A stretch of 64,000 nucleotides of DNA from Mobula hypostoma. Lineage: Eukaryota. The notes beneath the pieces were generated by a model. It saw only the letters and a list, made by a program, of their open reading frames with translations, did no database searches and was not told where the DNA came from. A program made the translations under genes and the position numbers. Positions within the stretch are counted from its first letter, which is position 1. The number at the start of each line of letters is the position of its first letter. Below are positions 51,011 to 63,319 of the stretch, piece after piece. The stretch is from positions 182,158,001-182,222,000 of the forward strand of contig NC_086097.1 of the NCBI RefSeq assembly GCF_963921235.1. The letters are read 5' to 3'.

Positions 51011-52024
51011 TCCATTCTCTGGAGTAATTTGTCTTTTTGCTGCAAGATGGTTAAACCACTCTAACTTTGCCATTTGGATTCACCTCAGTAACAGCATAGC
51101 AAGTATTACTCAGCTGAGGTGACTTGGCCAAGGCTGTGTGTGTGCATTTCTCCCTCTGCTGTTCTGCATAGTCTGCATGTTGTATTCTGTTTGTCTTGCA
51201 TTTAGATCTGCATTTTCCATTTTGTTGTAATTCTGGATGTCATATACTGTTTTGGCCTTTGTATCTGTGTTATGTATTCTTTCAGTCTGTGTTTTGTATG
51301 TTGAAGCAGCTAACATGTCTTACATTATTTCGGTCTGTGTGTTTTATGTTGTGCAGATCTGCATGTCCTGTAATTCTAGAGTCATAGAGTATGTCATACA
51401 GCATGGAAACAGGCTCTTTAGCCAACTTGTCCATTGTGACCAAGATTCCCATCTGTGCCAGTCCCATTTGCCTGTGACTGGTCCATCTCCCTCTTACCTT
51501 CTCCTGTCCTTGTGCCTGTCCAATGTTGTCAATGTACCTGCCTCAACCATTTCCTTGGGCAGCTCGTCCATATACCCACCACCCTCCGGCTGAAACGGTT
51601 GTCCCTCAGGTTCCTCTTAAATCTCTGCCCTTTCACCTTGAGCCCATTTTGGCCAATGTGTTCATATCTAAGTCATTGGAAGAGGTCAGTTCTTCCCAGG
51701 TCAGCAGGTCAGCCTTACATAGTCACCGTTATTTTTATAGAGATACAATGGCTTTGAGGTTACCATAGTCATAGTCATAGTCATACTTTATTGATCCTGG
51801 GGGAAATTGGTTTTCGTTAGAACCAGAACCAGCATCTACTATCCTGCTTCCAATTCTATGTGGTTCCTTGTTGTAAATTTCTCCAGCTGTTGTGACAGGA
51901 ATTGGATTTGCATCTCTCGGCCTCGGATCTAGTCCAGTAACTGAAGCACAGTGTTTACTGTTCCCTGTCCTGTGTTGCAGAGGTCGGCACATCACGTGTC
52001 GTGATGTTTCCCGTGTTCTGCTTT

Positions 52025-52295
52025 ATAAGATTAGCTTTACTTGTCACATGTACATCAAAACATCCAGTGAAATGCATTGTTTTCAGTCAGAGGATGTGCT
52101 GGGGCAGCGCTTGAGTATGACCATGCTTTAGATGCCAACGTAGCATGCCCACAACTTACTAACCCCTACGTCTTTGGAATGTGGAAACCGGAGCACCTGG
52201 CGGAAACCCACGTGGTCACAGTGAAAACTCCTTACAGACAATGGTGGAATTGAACCCGCGTTTCTGGCTTGGTAAAGTGTTACACTAACTGCTAT
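52025..52295 (-). mobile_element. tRNA-derived V-SINE (HE1-like)
   Basis: It contains tacgtctttggaatgtggaaaccggagcacctggcggaaacccacgtggtcac...aaactccttacagaca...ggaattgaacc. Related copies lie at ~61448-61725 (-) and ~17425-17550 (+). Confidence 0.8.
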
Positions 52296-52309
52296 GCATT
52301 TGTTCCCTG

Positions 52310-53175
52310 TTCTGGATTGCTCCTTGTGATCCCCATGTTGTTCTCTGTGTTCTGTGCTGCCCCTTGTGATCCCCGTCTTGTTCCCTCTGCCCCATGTTGT
52401 CCCCTGTGATCCCTGTCTTATTCCCTGTGAGTCCATGTTGTCTTCTATGATCCCCAGGGTTGTTCCCTCTGCCCCATGTTGTCCCCTGTGATCCCTGTCT
52501 TGTTCTCTGTGATCCCTGTCTTATTCCCTGTGACCCATGTTGTCTCCTGTGATCCCCAGGGTTGTTCCCTCTGCCCCATGTTGTCCCCTGTGATCCCTGT
52601 CTTGTTCCCTTTGAGCCCATGTTGTCTCCTGTGACTCCTGGGGGTTGTTCTTGTGTCCTCTCTTGTTTCCTGCATCTCATGTTGTCTCCTGTGATCCCGG
52701 TGTTGTTCCCTGTGATCCCCATGTTGTTCTTTGTGTCCCATGTTGTCTCCTGTGACCCCATGTTGTTCCCTGTATCCCGTGTTGTTCCCTATGATCCCCG
52801 TGGTTGTTCCCTGTATCCCATGTTGTCCCCTGTGATCCCCGTGTTGTTCTCTGTGTCCTGTGTTGTTCCCTATGATCCCCGTGGTTGTTCCCTGTGTTTC
52901 ATGTTGTCCCCTATGATCCCCATGTTGTTCTTTGTGTCCCGTGTTGTCTCCTGTGATCCCCATGTTGTTCCCTGTATCTCGTGTTGTTCCCTATGATCCC
53001 CATGGTTGTTCCCTGTGTTCCATGTTGTCTCCCGTGATCCCCGCATTGTTCCCTGTGTTCCATTTAGTCCTCTATGATCCCTGGGGTTTTCTGTGTCCCG
53101 TGTCGTCCCCTGTGATTCCCGAGTTGTTCTCTGTGTTCTGTTTGCCCTCTGTGATCCTTGTGTTGCTCCCCATGT
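52310..53175. repeat. Degenerate minisatellite of 19-23 nt units (tgttgttccctgtgatcccca-like) with ~40/81-bp higher-order period
   Basis: The motif atgatcccc.tggttgttccctg recurs at 52791, 52872 and 52993. The + strand is strongly T/C-biased. Confidence 0.92.
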
Positions 53176-53599
53176 CTCATGCCTCTCATGTTATTCTATG
53201 CACCAAGCCCCTCTGCCGTTTGAGGCTCCCTGCCCAGTGTTTGGCTGGAGAGTTTGCCTGCTGTAAGTGCTTTGTGTCTCCATGTGAGTGCATCATCTAC
53301 CCGCTCCTGAATATACAGTTGAGGTTATAAAAACTGCATTAAATCCTCATGGTCATTAGCAGTTGTGCTTCAGAAATGGAAATTAATAGACAATAAATTA
53401 TTATTTTATAGTTTATTGCATGGATGATGAGCTTTCTAATACTTTTTCAATTACTTAAAGCAGCTGATTTATTGCTGAGTTCTGGTCACTTGAAGTCAAT
53501 TCAGTGCTGAAAAATCCTGCAGATGATGAGTGAACTTTTATATTTTGAAGTGTGGCTTATGAATGTTACCCTGTCTGTACACAATGCAGGAAAAGCTGC

Positions 53600-53890
53600 T
53601 GTCACTTGATCAGGCTTCCTGCTCTCAATCAGTTCACTCGTCAAAAAGAAGGGAAATCAGCCAATGTCTCTGCTCTTGATCACTGCCCACTGACACCTGG
53701 TTTAGAGAGAGGGGGAATCAGCAAAGGAGTTCTGCTCTTGATCACTGCCCAATAACCCCCAGGGTAGAGAGAGAGAGGGGGGAGGAAATTGGACAGGATT
53801 TCTTTCCCTGATCATTGCCCAGTGACCCCTGAATTTTTTGAGGGGGGTGGAATCCTGCTTCTGTTCGCGGCACAGTGACCCTATGTTAAA
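53600..53890 (+). repeat. About five degenerate ~50-70 bp tandem units (ctgctcttgatcactgcccagtgacccc)
   Basis: The core recurs near 53618, 53669, 53731, 53805 and 53855. Confidence 0.65.
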
Positions 53891-55599
53891 GAGTGAGGCA
53901 GTATCTCCCTGGGTTCCTCTTCATAAACTCCTCAGTGTCCCTGAGTTTGAGAGAGGAGTTATTCTGTATTGCTGCACTTGCTCAGTCCAGGGACTGTCTT
54001 GATCTTTGACACACAGAGCTGAAGCTGTTCCTGGAGCTGGTTCACGTGTGAGGCTAAGGATTTTGTGGGTAGCACACTTGGGGAGGTAGTCACCTTGCGC
54101 AGAGACAATGGGTGATCATCAAGCAGACCAGTCCTGGAGTCCTCCAACTCCATCCCGTTCAGTGACCATCAATGTAGAGGATGCTCTTCTGGAATGCATA
54201 CAAAGTTGATGCACAAGGAGAAAAGGTTAATCTTGTCATAAGGAGATCCCTTGTAAAGAGTGACCACAATATGCAAATTATATTGTTGAGATCATGTACA
54301 AAATTTCCTGCACAAAGGAGGCTATTCAGCCCTTTGTGTTGGTGCCAGCTAAGTTCTTCTCCCCCCAACCCCCTTCCATTCAGCACTGGATCAGTCACCC
54401 TGCAGCTCATGGTGTTGTGTTTCTTCCAATGTACATTCAAGAACAGTGTATGTTCAATGGCATGCCATTGTCTCCCGTCTATTAGCTACCTGAAGTATAT
54501 GTCTTTCCACCCCACCCTCTGTAAGGGACTGTGTTAGTGGAAACAAGTGACTGTGATATGAGAGATAAGCAGCTGGGATGGATAGGCAGTGATAGATATA
54601 ATGTATGAAGAATTAATATAAATTTACAGTAAGTATCCAACAAAATCACAACAAGAACAGTGCAGATTATAAGAGAAATTAGTTCCACACCCTCCCTGCC
54701 TCTGGTCTGTCAAGTCCAAATAATTCAGCATTTTTCAATGAAATCACCTGTCCTTGGCACTCTCCTCATGTGGTTGTTCAAACACCCTCACTATCTGTCT
54801 GGTGAATCCTGACGGGCACATAGACCAAAATGGTACACAGTGTTCCAAAGCCCAACAAAGTTGTGATAAGCCATTTCTCCTCTTACACTCAAATCCCCTT
54901 GCAGTTTAAGCCAACATACCAGTTGTCTCCTTAACTACCGGCTACACCTTCTTGTTAGTGTTTAGTGGCTTTCATACGAAACAGTCAGCTCCCTATGAGC
55001 ATAAACATTTCTCATTTTCACTGTTTAATAAAAATACTTAGTGTTCCTGGTTTTCCACAAATATGGATATTCCCACATTTTTCCAGGTAGTTCTCCACCC
55101 ACATGCCCAGTTAGCTTCTCTGTGTCTCCTTGAAGTCTCTTCAGTGACATCTTCCCTCTTGATCTGATCAGCTGGCTCTGGTTTTTGGAGCTGATTACTG
55201 AACAGCTACCTACCGTGCTGTTCAGTGATTCCTATCACTGTTTGCTCTGCTGCCCATTGTCCATTAATCTCCGAGCTTGTACCTTATTGTAGCCATTTGG
55301 AAATCCAAACAGAGAACAAACTGACTGCATCTCCTTTGCCAGATCTCTGTGTTAGCTCATGAAGTAATTTAATGCGGTTGTTTAAACAAGATTTCCCTTT
55401 TGATGTCCATGTGATTATTCATTACATTTTCTGTTTTGTCCATTAGCCTGCCTGTGAATTCCTGTCACTCATCGTCAATGTTAAGCTCAATCCTTGGGTA
55501 TAAGTTTAACACTGAAGTTCGAAGTGTGGTACAGAGTGAGGAAGTGGATTGGCTGGCAGAGCGTGCAGGCGCATGGCAGTGATAAGTGAGATCAGGAAA

Positions 55600-56310
55600 A
55601 CATAAAGAGCAAGAACAGGTCATTCAGTGCTTCCAGCTCCTCCATTGTTCAATTAAGTAGGAAAATCCAACTTTTCTCAAGTTCTCACCCTGTGACCCTT
55701 GGTTCCCTTAATGATTAAAATTTCATCTCTCTCAGCTTTGAATATATTCTAGTTTCACTGTACAAAGAGGTTTCAAAGGCTCACAACTCTCTGAGAGAAA
55801 AAAATGTTCCTCATCTCAGGCTTGCATGGATTCTCCTCCATTCTGAGACCATTACCTCTGGTCTGGGACTCTCCTTCAGGGGGACACATCTTTCCAACAT
55901 TTGCCTTGTCTAGCCCCCTAAGGATGTTATATATTTCAAGTAGATTAGCTCTTATTATTTTAAACTCTATTAAGCACAGTCTCAGTCCATTCAACTTTAT
56001 AGCACAGCCCCTCCAAACCCTACGTCATCCAAGTCAGAGTTGGAATTGGATTTGGAGTTGAACTTCCCCCTCTCACCTTTAAGCGATTTCCTCTCATATT
56101 TGACATTTCAATCCTGGGATAAAGACTCAGACTACCTCACCTATGTATGCCTCCCATAGTTTTATAAACTTTTATCAGGTCTCTTCTCACCCTCCAATGC
56201 TCCAGAGAAAATAATCTAAGTTTGTCTAATCTCTCCTTTTGGCTAATACTGTCTCATTGAGGCAACATCCTTGTGAATGCCTTTTGTACCATCTCCAAAC
56301 TTCTACACCC
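55600..56310 (-). mobile_element. Two adjacent CR1 3' fragments
   Basis: ORF remnant RANLLEIYNILRGLDK...ESQTRGNGLR...FFSQRVVSL. Confidence 0.75.
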
Positions 56311-56596
56311 TTCCAGAAACAGGGCATAAAACACAGAGAAGCATATTGGAAAGAGCAAGTGGTAAAGCTCCTGGCACTGTAGTCTTCATGAGTAGAACCA
56401 CAGAGTACAAGTTCAGAGAGGCTAACTCTATAACACAAAGTTCAGGCCAGAGCCTGGGATAACCTGCAGTTCATACACCATGGAACACTGGGACGTGGCA
56501 GGGAAATGGGGTGAAGAGATTGTGGGAGCCATTGTGGGCTCTGTTCACCAAGTGGTTTCTAACAGTGCTCTTCCAATACTGCCACTCTTGTGTGTC

Positions 56597-56692
56597 AACA
56601 CACACAATGCTGGACAAACTCAGTAAGTCATACAGCATCAATGGAGGGAAATAAACAGTTGATGTTTCAGGCCGAGACCCTTCATCGGACAG
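56597..56692 (-). mobile_element. Short Penelope-derived element with a mutated hammerhead motif
   Basis: The minus strand reads gtc-CGATGA-agggtctcggcct-GAAA-catc-aactg...gatgctgtatgacttactgagtttgtccagca. Confidence 0.7.
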
Positions 56693-57149
56693 TTTTCTTG
56701 GTGACATTGAAATAAATATTGACCTCAGAAGACCAGGGAATCCTTCTGGTCCTTGCAGCCTCACAGAGAAGCTTCATGTCCACCTGGAAAAGCTGACGGC
56801 TCAGTCTGTCATGCCTGATGACAAGGCTCAATCTGGTGTCCCAGTTGAGAGGACAGAGTTCCCTCCGAACTGATGCAGTGTCCCAGACAGATAATCGTAC
56901 CTTCTCATTTTGAGGTTCTGTTCATCTTTCGAGCTCACTTTCTCACACTCGCGCTCTCTCACTCTTCCACTCACTGAACTTGTCGCTACCTTCTTCGCTT
57001 TTAATTTGTGCCTCCCTGTTCACTTTTCCTTCTCTCTCCCATAAACTCAAGGTGTGTGTTACTCCCACCCTGCCGGGGTAGGTGTCCCTGAAATGTGAGC
57101 TTGCTGCATGGTCTTATCATGGCTCGCAGAATAAGATATTGTGCTTGGT

Positions 57150-57545
57150 GTGAGATTGTTGAGGCGCGGCCGATGGAGACGGAATCACTCCCGACAGCCG
57201 AGTAATTCACACGTTCACCTTCTGTTAATTCCTATCTGCAACATCAATTAAATTGTTTGTAGAAACTAATTGAATGTGGCTTAATCACACATCTTAATAG
57301 CTTTACACGGTTTGAACTTCCTGTTAATTCGAGTAATAAAATGAAATGAGTGCGCTGGCTGTGTAATTAGCGAGGTGGCTTGTGAAGAAATTAGTGCTTT
57401 ATGGCTTGTAATAAAGGGAGTGTGTTGGCACCTAATTCCGACGGACTCTCACTGCAAGCTGCTGATTCTGAATTTTTCCTTTTAATTTGCACTCTGGTCC
57501 CATGTGTCAATTGAGTCTTAAAGAGGCAAGTGTTTCTGCCCCCCT
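57150..57545. promoter_or_regulatory. Candidate conserved developmental enhancer
   Basis: The stretch is repeat-free, retains CpG and has dense TAAT/ATTA motifs, including TAATTAG (57364), TTTATGG (57398) and GTAATAAA (57408). Confidence 0.4.
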
Positions 57546-58774
57546 CCCCCCCATTTGATAACACCCCTCTTTTCACCGTGAGTCCCACTGGATTTACTGG
57601 CTGTCTTCATGCCCTGCATGGGTGGCAGTCCCATTCCCGTTCACTCTGCCCCACGTCAGAAGATCACGGTTCCGTGAAATGCATAGTGTTGGACTTGAAC
57701 GGCTGACTGTGCTGTTACGTCTCTTCTTGTTAGTGGACACTAGTGATGTGAGTGTCTCAGTAGTGAGGGGCAGCGAGAGGACTATCATAGCCTGATCTTC
57801 TGGTTCATGGCCACACTTGGTGGTGCGTGAGGGAACTGAGAGATGGCAAGGACTGTGACACTTTCCTTGCAGTTAACATTGTCCAAGGCCAACTTTGAAC
57901 AAAGATGGAAAAGGCAAGAACTCTGACCCACAAGCCTCAAAGTTAAGCCCTGGTCATTGTTGTATGATTGTGTGGCAGGGATCCTCAAGTTGTTGGGTGA
58001 TTACCTTGGTCCTTGGCGGGCAATGTTGGCCTCAGACAATATTAACTGCAGATCTCCCAGGCCCCAAACTGACCCAACATTACCCCTTGCCCTTTCACTG
58101 TGGTGGGACATTTGTATCAGAAGTTTTTCTGTGAGAAGCTAGCCCTAAATGGGAATCTGAATTGTGATTGCTGAGTTACTGAACCTTTGGCCAAACCCTC
58201 AAGATGTTTGATTGCTATAATAAGTGGTAAAAGCTGATAACATTTAAAAGGAGGCAGAGATTTACAGGAATTTTGTCAGAAATGGCAGGAAATCATTTAG
58301 GAAGAGAGACTGAGCTGGGCTTGTTTACTTTGGATGAAGAAAGGTGGAAGGTGAATTTAACTGAGGTCCATAAAATTGTCAGAGGCTGAGCAATGGAGAG
58401 ATTTGGTTTCCCATAGCTGAGAGATAACTAAGCAGGGAACATGATTCCAAGTTAATTGCTAAATGATTCGAGGGGAGTTCACCCAGAGTGATGGAAGATT
58501 GGAACTCAGTGACTTGAAGAATGATGGAGGTTGAAAGTGTCACACATTGAGAACTACCCAGAATGACCATTGGAAGAGTTATGGCCCAAACCTTTTGTGG
58601 AAATGGGTTTAACTTCAGCTTCTGTTGCATGGCTTGGATGAACATGATACAATAAGAGGCCAATTGCTGTGCCAAAGAACGTCTATGATTTTGTTACAGT
58701 CACAGAGTTGTACGGAACAGAAGCAGGCCCTTCGGCCCACTATCAATGCTGTCTTTTTTGCCCATCCATGGTAG

Positions 58775-58960
58775 CACCACGGTAGCGTAGAGGTTAGTGT
58801 GACACTATTACAGCTCGGGGCATTGGAGTTTGAAGTTCAATTTCAATGTCATCTGTAAGGAGTTTGTATGTCCTTCCCGTGGAATGCGTGTGTTTTCTCT
58901 GGTCCTCAGTTTCCTCTCACAGTCCAAAGTCATACTGGTTAAGTAGGTTAAGGGGTCATT
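58775..58960 (+). mobile_element. tRNA-derived V-SINE (HE1-like) 5' part
   Basis: It has an A-box-like ggtagcgtagaggttag, a B-box-like agttcaatttc and a V-domain gtttgtatgtccttcccgtg...cagtttcctctcacagtccaaag. Confidence 0.75.
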
Positions 58961-60732
58961 TGTGTTTGTAGTTAGTTATTTATCCCTCAGCTGTAGGAAA
59001 AAGATTTTAGCCCTTGATAATTTTATAGAATCATTCTGTCATTGGAGTTGTGCAGCACAGAAACAGGCCCATTGGGCACCTTGTTCATGCTGACCTTGAT
59101 GCCTATCTACACGAATCCTATTTGGCTGCCTGTGCCCCTCTATGCTTGTCTCACCTCATGTTATAACCAGCAATAATTCTTTGCTGTTACTTCTCACATT
59201 CTGGTACTCAGCTTCTCCCTGGGTCTCCACTCTCATCTGATGTAGCCTCTTCCCATAATCTCAACCACATGGACCCAACTTTTCACCACATCCCAGACCC
59301 CATCACGAACCATCACTTCCTGATCCCCTCTCCACTCTCATGTTCACTCCCGAACCCCCACACCTTCTCATCAGTTCCTTGCCCCAGATCAGGTAATTAA
59401 GTCCATGAGGGCCACAGTGATTTAGTCTGGCACCTTGCTGGTTGTTTGGTGAAGAAGTTCTGTGGAAGTGTCAGGGGGTGTTGAGAGCACAGTCAGTAAA
59501 AACCCCTGTGATCCTGCAGCAATGCAGCAGAGTTGCATTGAACCTGAACCTGAGCCTGGACAGATCATCTATTTCAGGTCAGCACACTGTAATAAGGAAG
59601 TGAAGATCCGAGAGAGGCTTTGGGTGACCTTTAGGGTGAGTGATTTCAGCCTCGATAGACAGGAGCAGTAGAGCTAAAAGTCTTGAGAGGAGATGTGACG
59701 GTGGTATTCAGGGTTCTGCTGGTTCAAATGGGGCAAATGGAAGGAAGCTGTCCTACTAACAGGTGGTTCAAAAGTCAAGGCTGCAAATTGGAGATCTTGG
59801 TCATTGTATGCAAGAGGAATCAGAATAGTTGTTAACTGGTCAATTGAAATGGAATCAGTCAGGGCTTTCAACAAGAGAGAAGATAACCTGCAGGGCAGTG
59901 GGAAAGTTGTGATTACTGAAATGGATGTGATTGCAGTACCAGGAGCTGGCACTGCCTTGATGGGCTGAATGGCCTGTGCTATAACAGGCTATTTGGTCCA
60001 TCTGGTCCATGCGGACCTGTTTTTCTACCTAATCCCATCTACCTGGTCTTGGACCATATCCCTCCAAACCCCTCTAATCATGTACCTATCCACATTTCTC
60101 TTAAATGTGGCAATTTTAACCCACATCCATCCCTTCCGCTGGCAACTCTTTCCACACTCGTACTGTCTGCTGATTGAAGAAGTTCCACCCAGGTTCCCCT
60201 TAAATATTTCACCTTTGAATCTAAGCCTACGACCTCTAGTTCCAGTCTCACCCAACCTCAGAGGAGAAGCCTTGTACGTGCTTACCCCACAGGTTGTGCA
60301 TGTAATGGAAATGTCTGAGTCTACAACCCTCTATATCCTCTTGCAATCCTGTGCACTTGAGTCCATACCAGGCGGTGATGCAATGAGTCAGAATGCTGTC
60401 CACAGTACATCTGTAGAAATTTGGTGGCATACCAAAGTTTTTTCAGACTCCTAATAAAGTAGAGCCACTGGGATGCCTAAATTGTTCAATATCTAATTTT
60501 TTTTCCCCGATGGGAATCTTTTGACCAGATCCAGCTTTTCCATCCTTGTGTGATTCTTGGAGGCTTTCATCCATCAGCTGGAAGTCCCACCCTTCTCTGT
60601 ATGGCCAGAGATGACTGTGTGAGATGTTCTGGTGTTACATGGTGCTGTGTGATTATTTTACTGCCTGCTTGACTGTTACAGTTGTGATGTTGCGGCAGAT
60701 AAGACTCGTAATGCTTCTGTCTGCTCCTTTAG

Positions 60733-60901
60733 GATTACATGCAGAATGTCCACGGTAAGGAGATCGACCTCCTGCGCACAACGGTCAAAGTCCCGGGGAA
60801 ACGGCTCCCACGAGCCTCAGCTGGGAACGTTCCTGGAGCCAGCCCCAAGACCAACGGCCTCACCAAGGACAGGAGCAATCTGCAGCTGGCAGCTAGTCAA
60901 G
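60733..60901 (+). CDS. AGAP3: Next coding exon (169 nt, phase 0/1) of the same AGAP gene; PH domain continuing into the low-complexity insertion
   Basis: The acceptor is cttctgtctgctcctttag and the donor is caag|gtatgc. The exon translates as DYMQNVHGKEIDLLRTTVKVPGKRLPRASAGNVPGASPKTNGLTKDRSNLQLAASQ(G), in frame with exon 40690-40794. KRLPRA and RSNxQL are AGAP3-like. Confidence 0.93.
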
Positions 60902-62344
60902 GTATGCGAGCTGCCATTCCCCAGTCTGTGAGCATAACATGGTGAATGTTGGGTCAGTGTTGTGTGAATTTGCCGCAAACCCAGGGCCGTTGCTGAACAT
61001 AGTGTTGATGTAATTGGAGGATTGGTCACGGTCTTGTGTCAGTTGGAATGAGAGTGATGTGAGGCAATGCCCCTGTTGGAAAGCTGGGTAAGATGGAAGT
61101 CATATAAAATGGAGATGCCATGTCTGTGAGCAGTTGGGATGAAACAGGGTGCACAGTTTTCCAGCAGAAAGTGTGGGATAAACCTGTGGTGGACTTTTGA
61201 ATGCTCACTTTGGTACAAGATCGTTCATCCTGCAAAACCACATTACCTTGAAATGCAGTGGAGGTCATTCTGGCTTGATGTGTTAACGTGTGAAGACTCT
61301 GAGTTTATCAGGCAACCAAATACAGACAGTGACCCTGAAGCCACGCATACCGTGCCCATGACTTGTTACTGATGTAAAATGCTGGAGAACTGAAATAACA
61401 GCAGAACATGCTGGAAGTACTCTGCAGGGAAACAATTGATAAGAAAAGATTAGTATTACTAGTCACATGTACATTGAAACGCACAGTGAAATGTGCTGTC
61501 TATGTCAACAACTAACACAGTCCAAGGTTATGCTGGGAGCAGTTCACAATTGTCGCCATGTTTTCAGTGCCAATGTAGCATTCCCACAACTTAGGAACCC
61601 TTACTAACCTATACAGCTTTGGAATGTGGGAGAAAATCCACATAGTCATGGGGAGGAAGAGAGACCATGGCGGAAATGGAACCCTGATCGCTGGTGCTGT
61701 AAACTGTTACGCAAGGCACTGCACCGCTGGGCCACCCTACATCTACATTCCAGAACTGGGAGTAGGTCCTAGGGTGCAGGGGAAGGAAGGAGGGAGGATG
61801 GAGAGCAGCCAGTGAACAGAGTCTAAATGCAAGTAGTCGATAATGCAGAAAACTAAAAGTCTCAGTGAAATGCAGAAATGTTTGCTGAATTTGCAGAAGC
61901 ATTGTTGAAATCTGGAATAAAAGAAGCTATAAATATTGCAGAATGGTGGTCCTTTGTTGAGCAGATCACGTTGTGAGTGACTAGAGGTGTAAAGAAGCTG
62001 GGAATAGTGCAGGTATATCAGGATTTCAATTGCAAGGAGTGTTTGGGTCGCAGAATGACAGGAAGGTGCCTCGAGAAGGGGAGTGGGTGCTGGTGGAGCC
62101 AGAAGAGTAGTCTAAAACTTCCTGAAAAGATCAGTCCAGTCAGAGTGTGGACTGGTGAGGGGAACAGAAAACACGTTTGCGTGTTCCAAGGTCTTGTACT
62201 GTATCTGCCCTTCCAGGTTTCTCACATTGGAGATAGCAAACATTGCTGAACACCTCATTCACTTCTGGAGACTGAGTCTTTAACAACTTCTCCATTGTAC
62301 TTCTCCCTGTATTTGACCTAGTACGCTGTTGCAGATCGGACCTC

Positions 62345-63130
62345 AGCCTCCGACACTTCAGAGAAAACAATGTAAGTTATATGACCGGTCCTTATAGCTA
62401 ATATCCTCTAATACAGGCCATATCCTGGTGAACCTGTTCTGCAGCCTCTTGAAACCCTTCACAATCTTCCTGTAATGCAGCAACCAGAACTGCACACAAA
62501 GTTCCAGATGTGGCCAATCAAAGATTTATACAATTGCAGCATGATTTCACAATGTTTCTGCTCAATGGGAAGGTAGAATTTGAACCTGATAAACGTGAGG
62601 TGATGTACTCTCTGAAAATCAATGATAGGATATCCATAGTGTATGATAGGCTCCTTGGTGGTATTGGGGTATGCAATGACCTTAGTGTATTGAGTCCATG
62701 GATCCCTGAAGATGTCAGCAAAGATCAATAAAGTGGTGAAGGATGGTGTGGGAAATTTGCCTTCATTATCTTGAGGCACACGGAATATAAGAGCTGGGAG
62801 GTCACGGTGAAACTTGATGAAACATTATTTGGGTCTCAGTTGGTGTGTGTTGTGCAGTTCTGGTTGTCACACCATAGAGTGGATACGGCAGTGCTGGTGA
62901 AGGTACAGTGAGAGACTGGATGGGCTGGGGTTGTTTGGAGGACATGGGTATGGGAGGTAGTTCTAAAAGTGTCCAAAGGATAGAAAACCAGAGGGTATGG
63001 TTTAAGGGTTAGGAAGTTTGGAGGGAATAAGTCTTTTGTTTCTCCCTGAGGTGGGCTGGAATGTGGACAACACTGTCTGAGGGGTGGTGGAGACTGACAC
63101 TCCCACAGCAGGGGAGAAGTAGCTAAAGGG
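62345..63130. mobile_element. Back-to-back CR1 fragments (minus ~62345-62555, plus ~62560-63130)
   Basis: The minus strand gives EIMLQLYKSLIGHIWNFVCSS. The plus strand gives gtagaatttgaacctgataaacgtgaggtgatg and tgtgcagttctggttgtcac. Confidence 0.7.
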
Positions 63131-63319
63131 GCACTTATCAGCAAGGCAGGGTAGGCTACAGATGGAGAGATGATAAAATGGAATTTAAGTGGTATTTCAA
63201 TGAGGACTGTTCTTCTGTTCCTGTCTGTGTGTTACTGTAGTTCGTTCCAGTTATGTGTTACTGTAGTTCCCATTATTACTGTCTGTGTGGAACCATATCT
63301 GTCTGTTCCTGTTACTCGT

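Noticed and set aside
51130..51375. UG-rich tract with two TGCATG (RBFOX-type) motifs
   Set aside because: It is far from any supported exon and is consistent with low-complexity decay.
52285..52996. Long repetitive ORFs (158, 172 and 144 aa) rich in HGDHR/GITGDN motifs
   Set aside because: They are open only because the minisatellite unit lacks stops in several frames on both strands, and there is no splice or start context.
58775..58850. tRNA gene
   Set aside because: The A/B-box-like head runs straight into a V-SINE body and no cloverleaf can be drawn.
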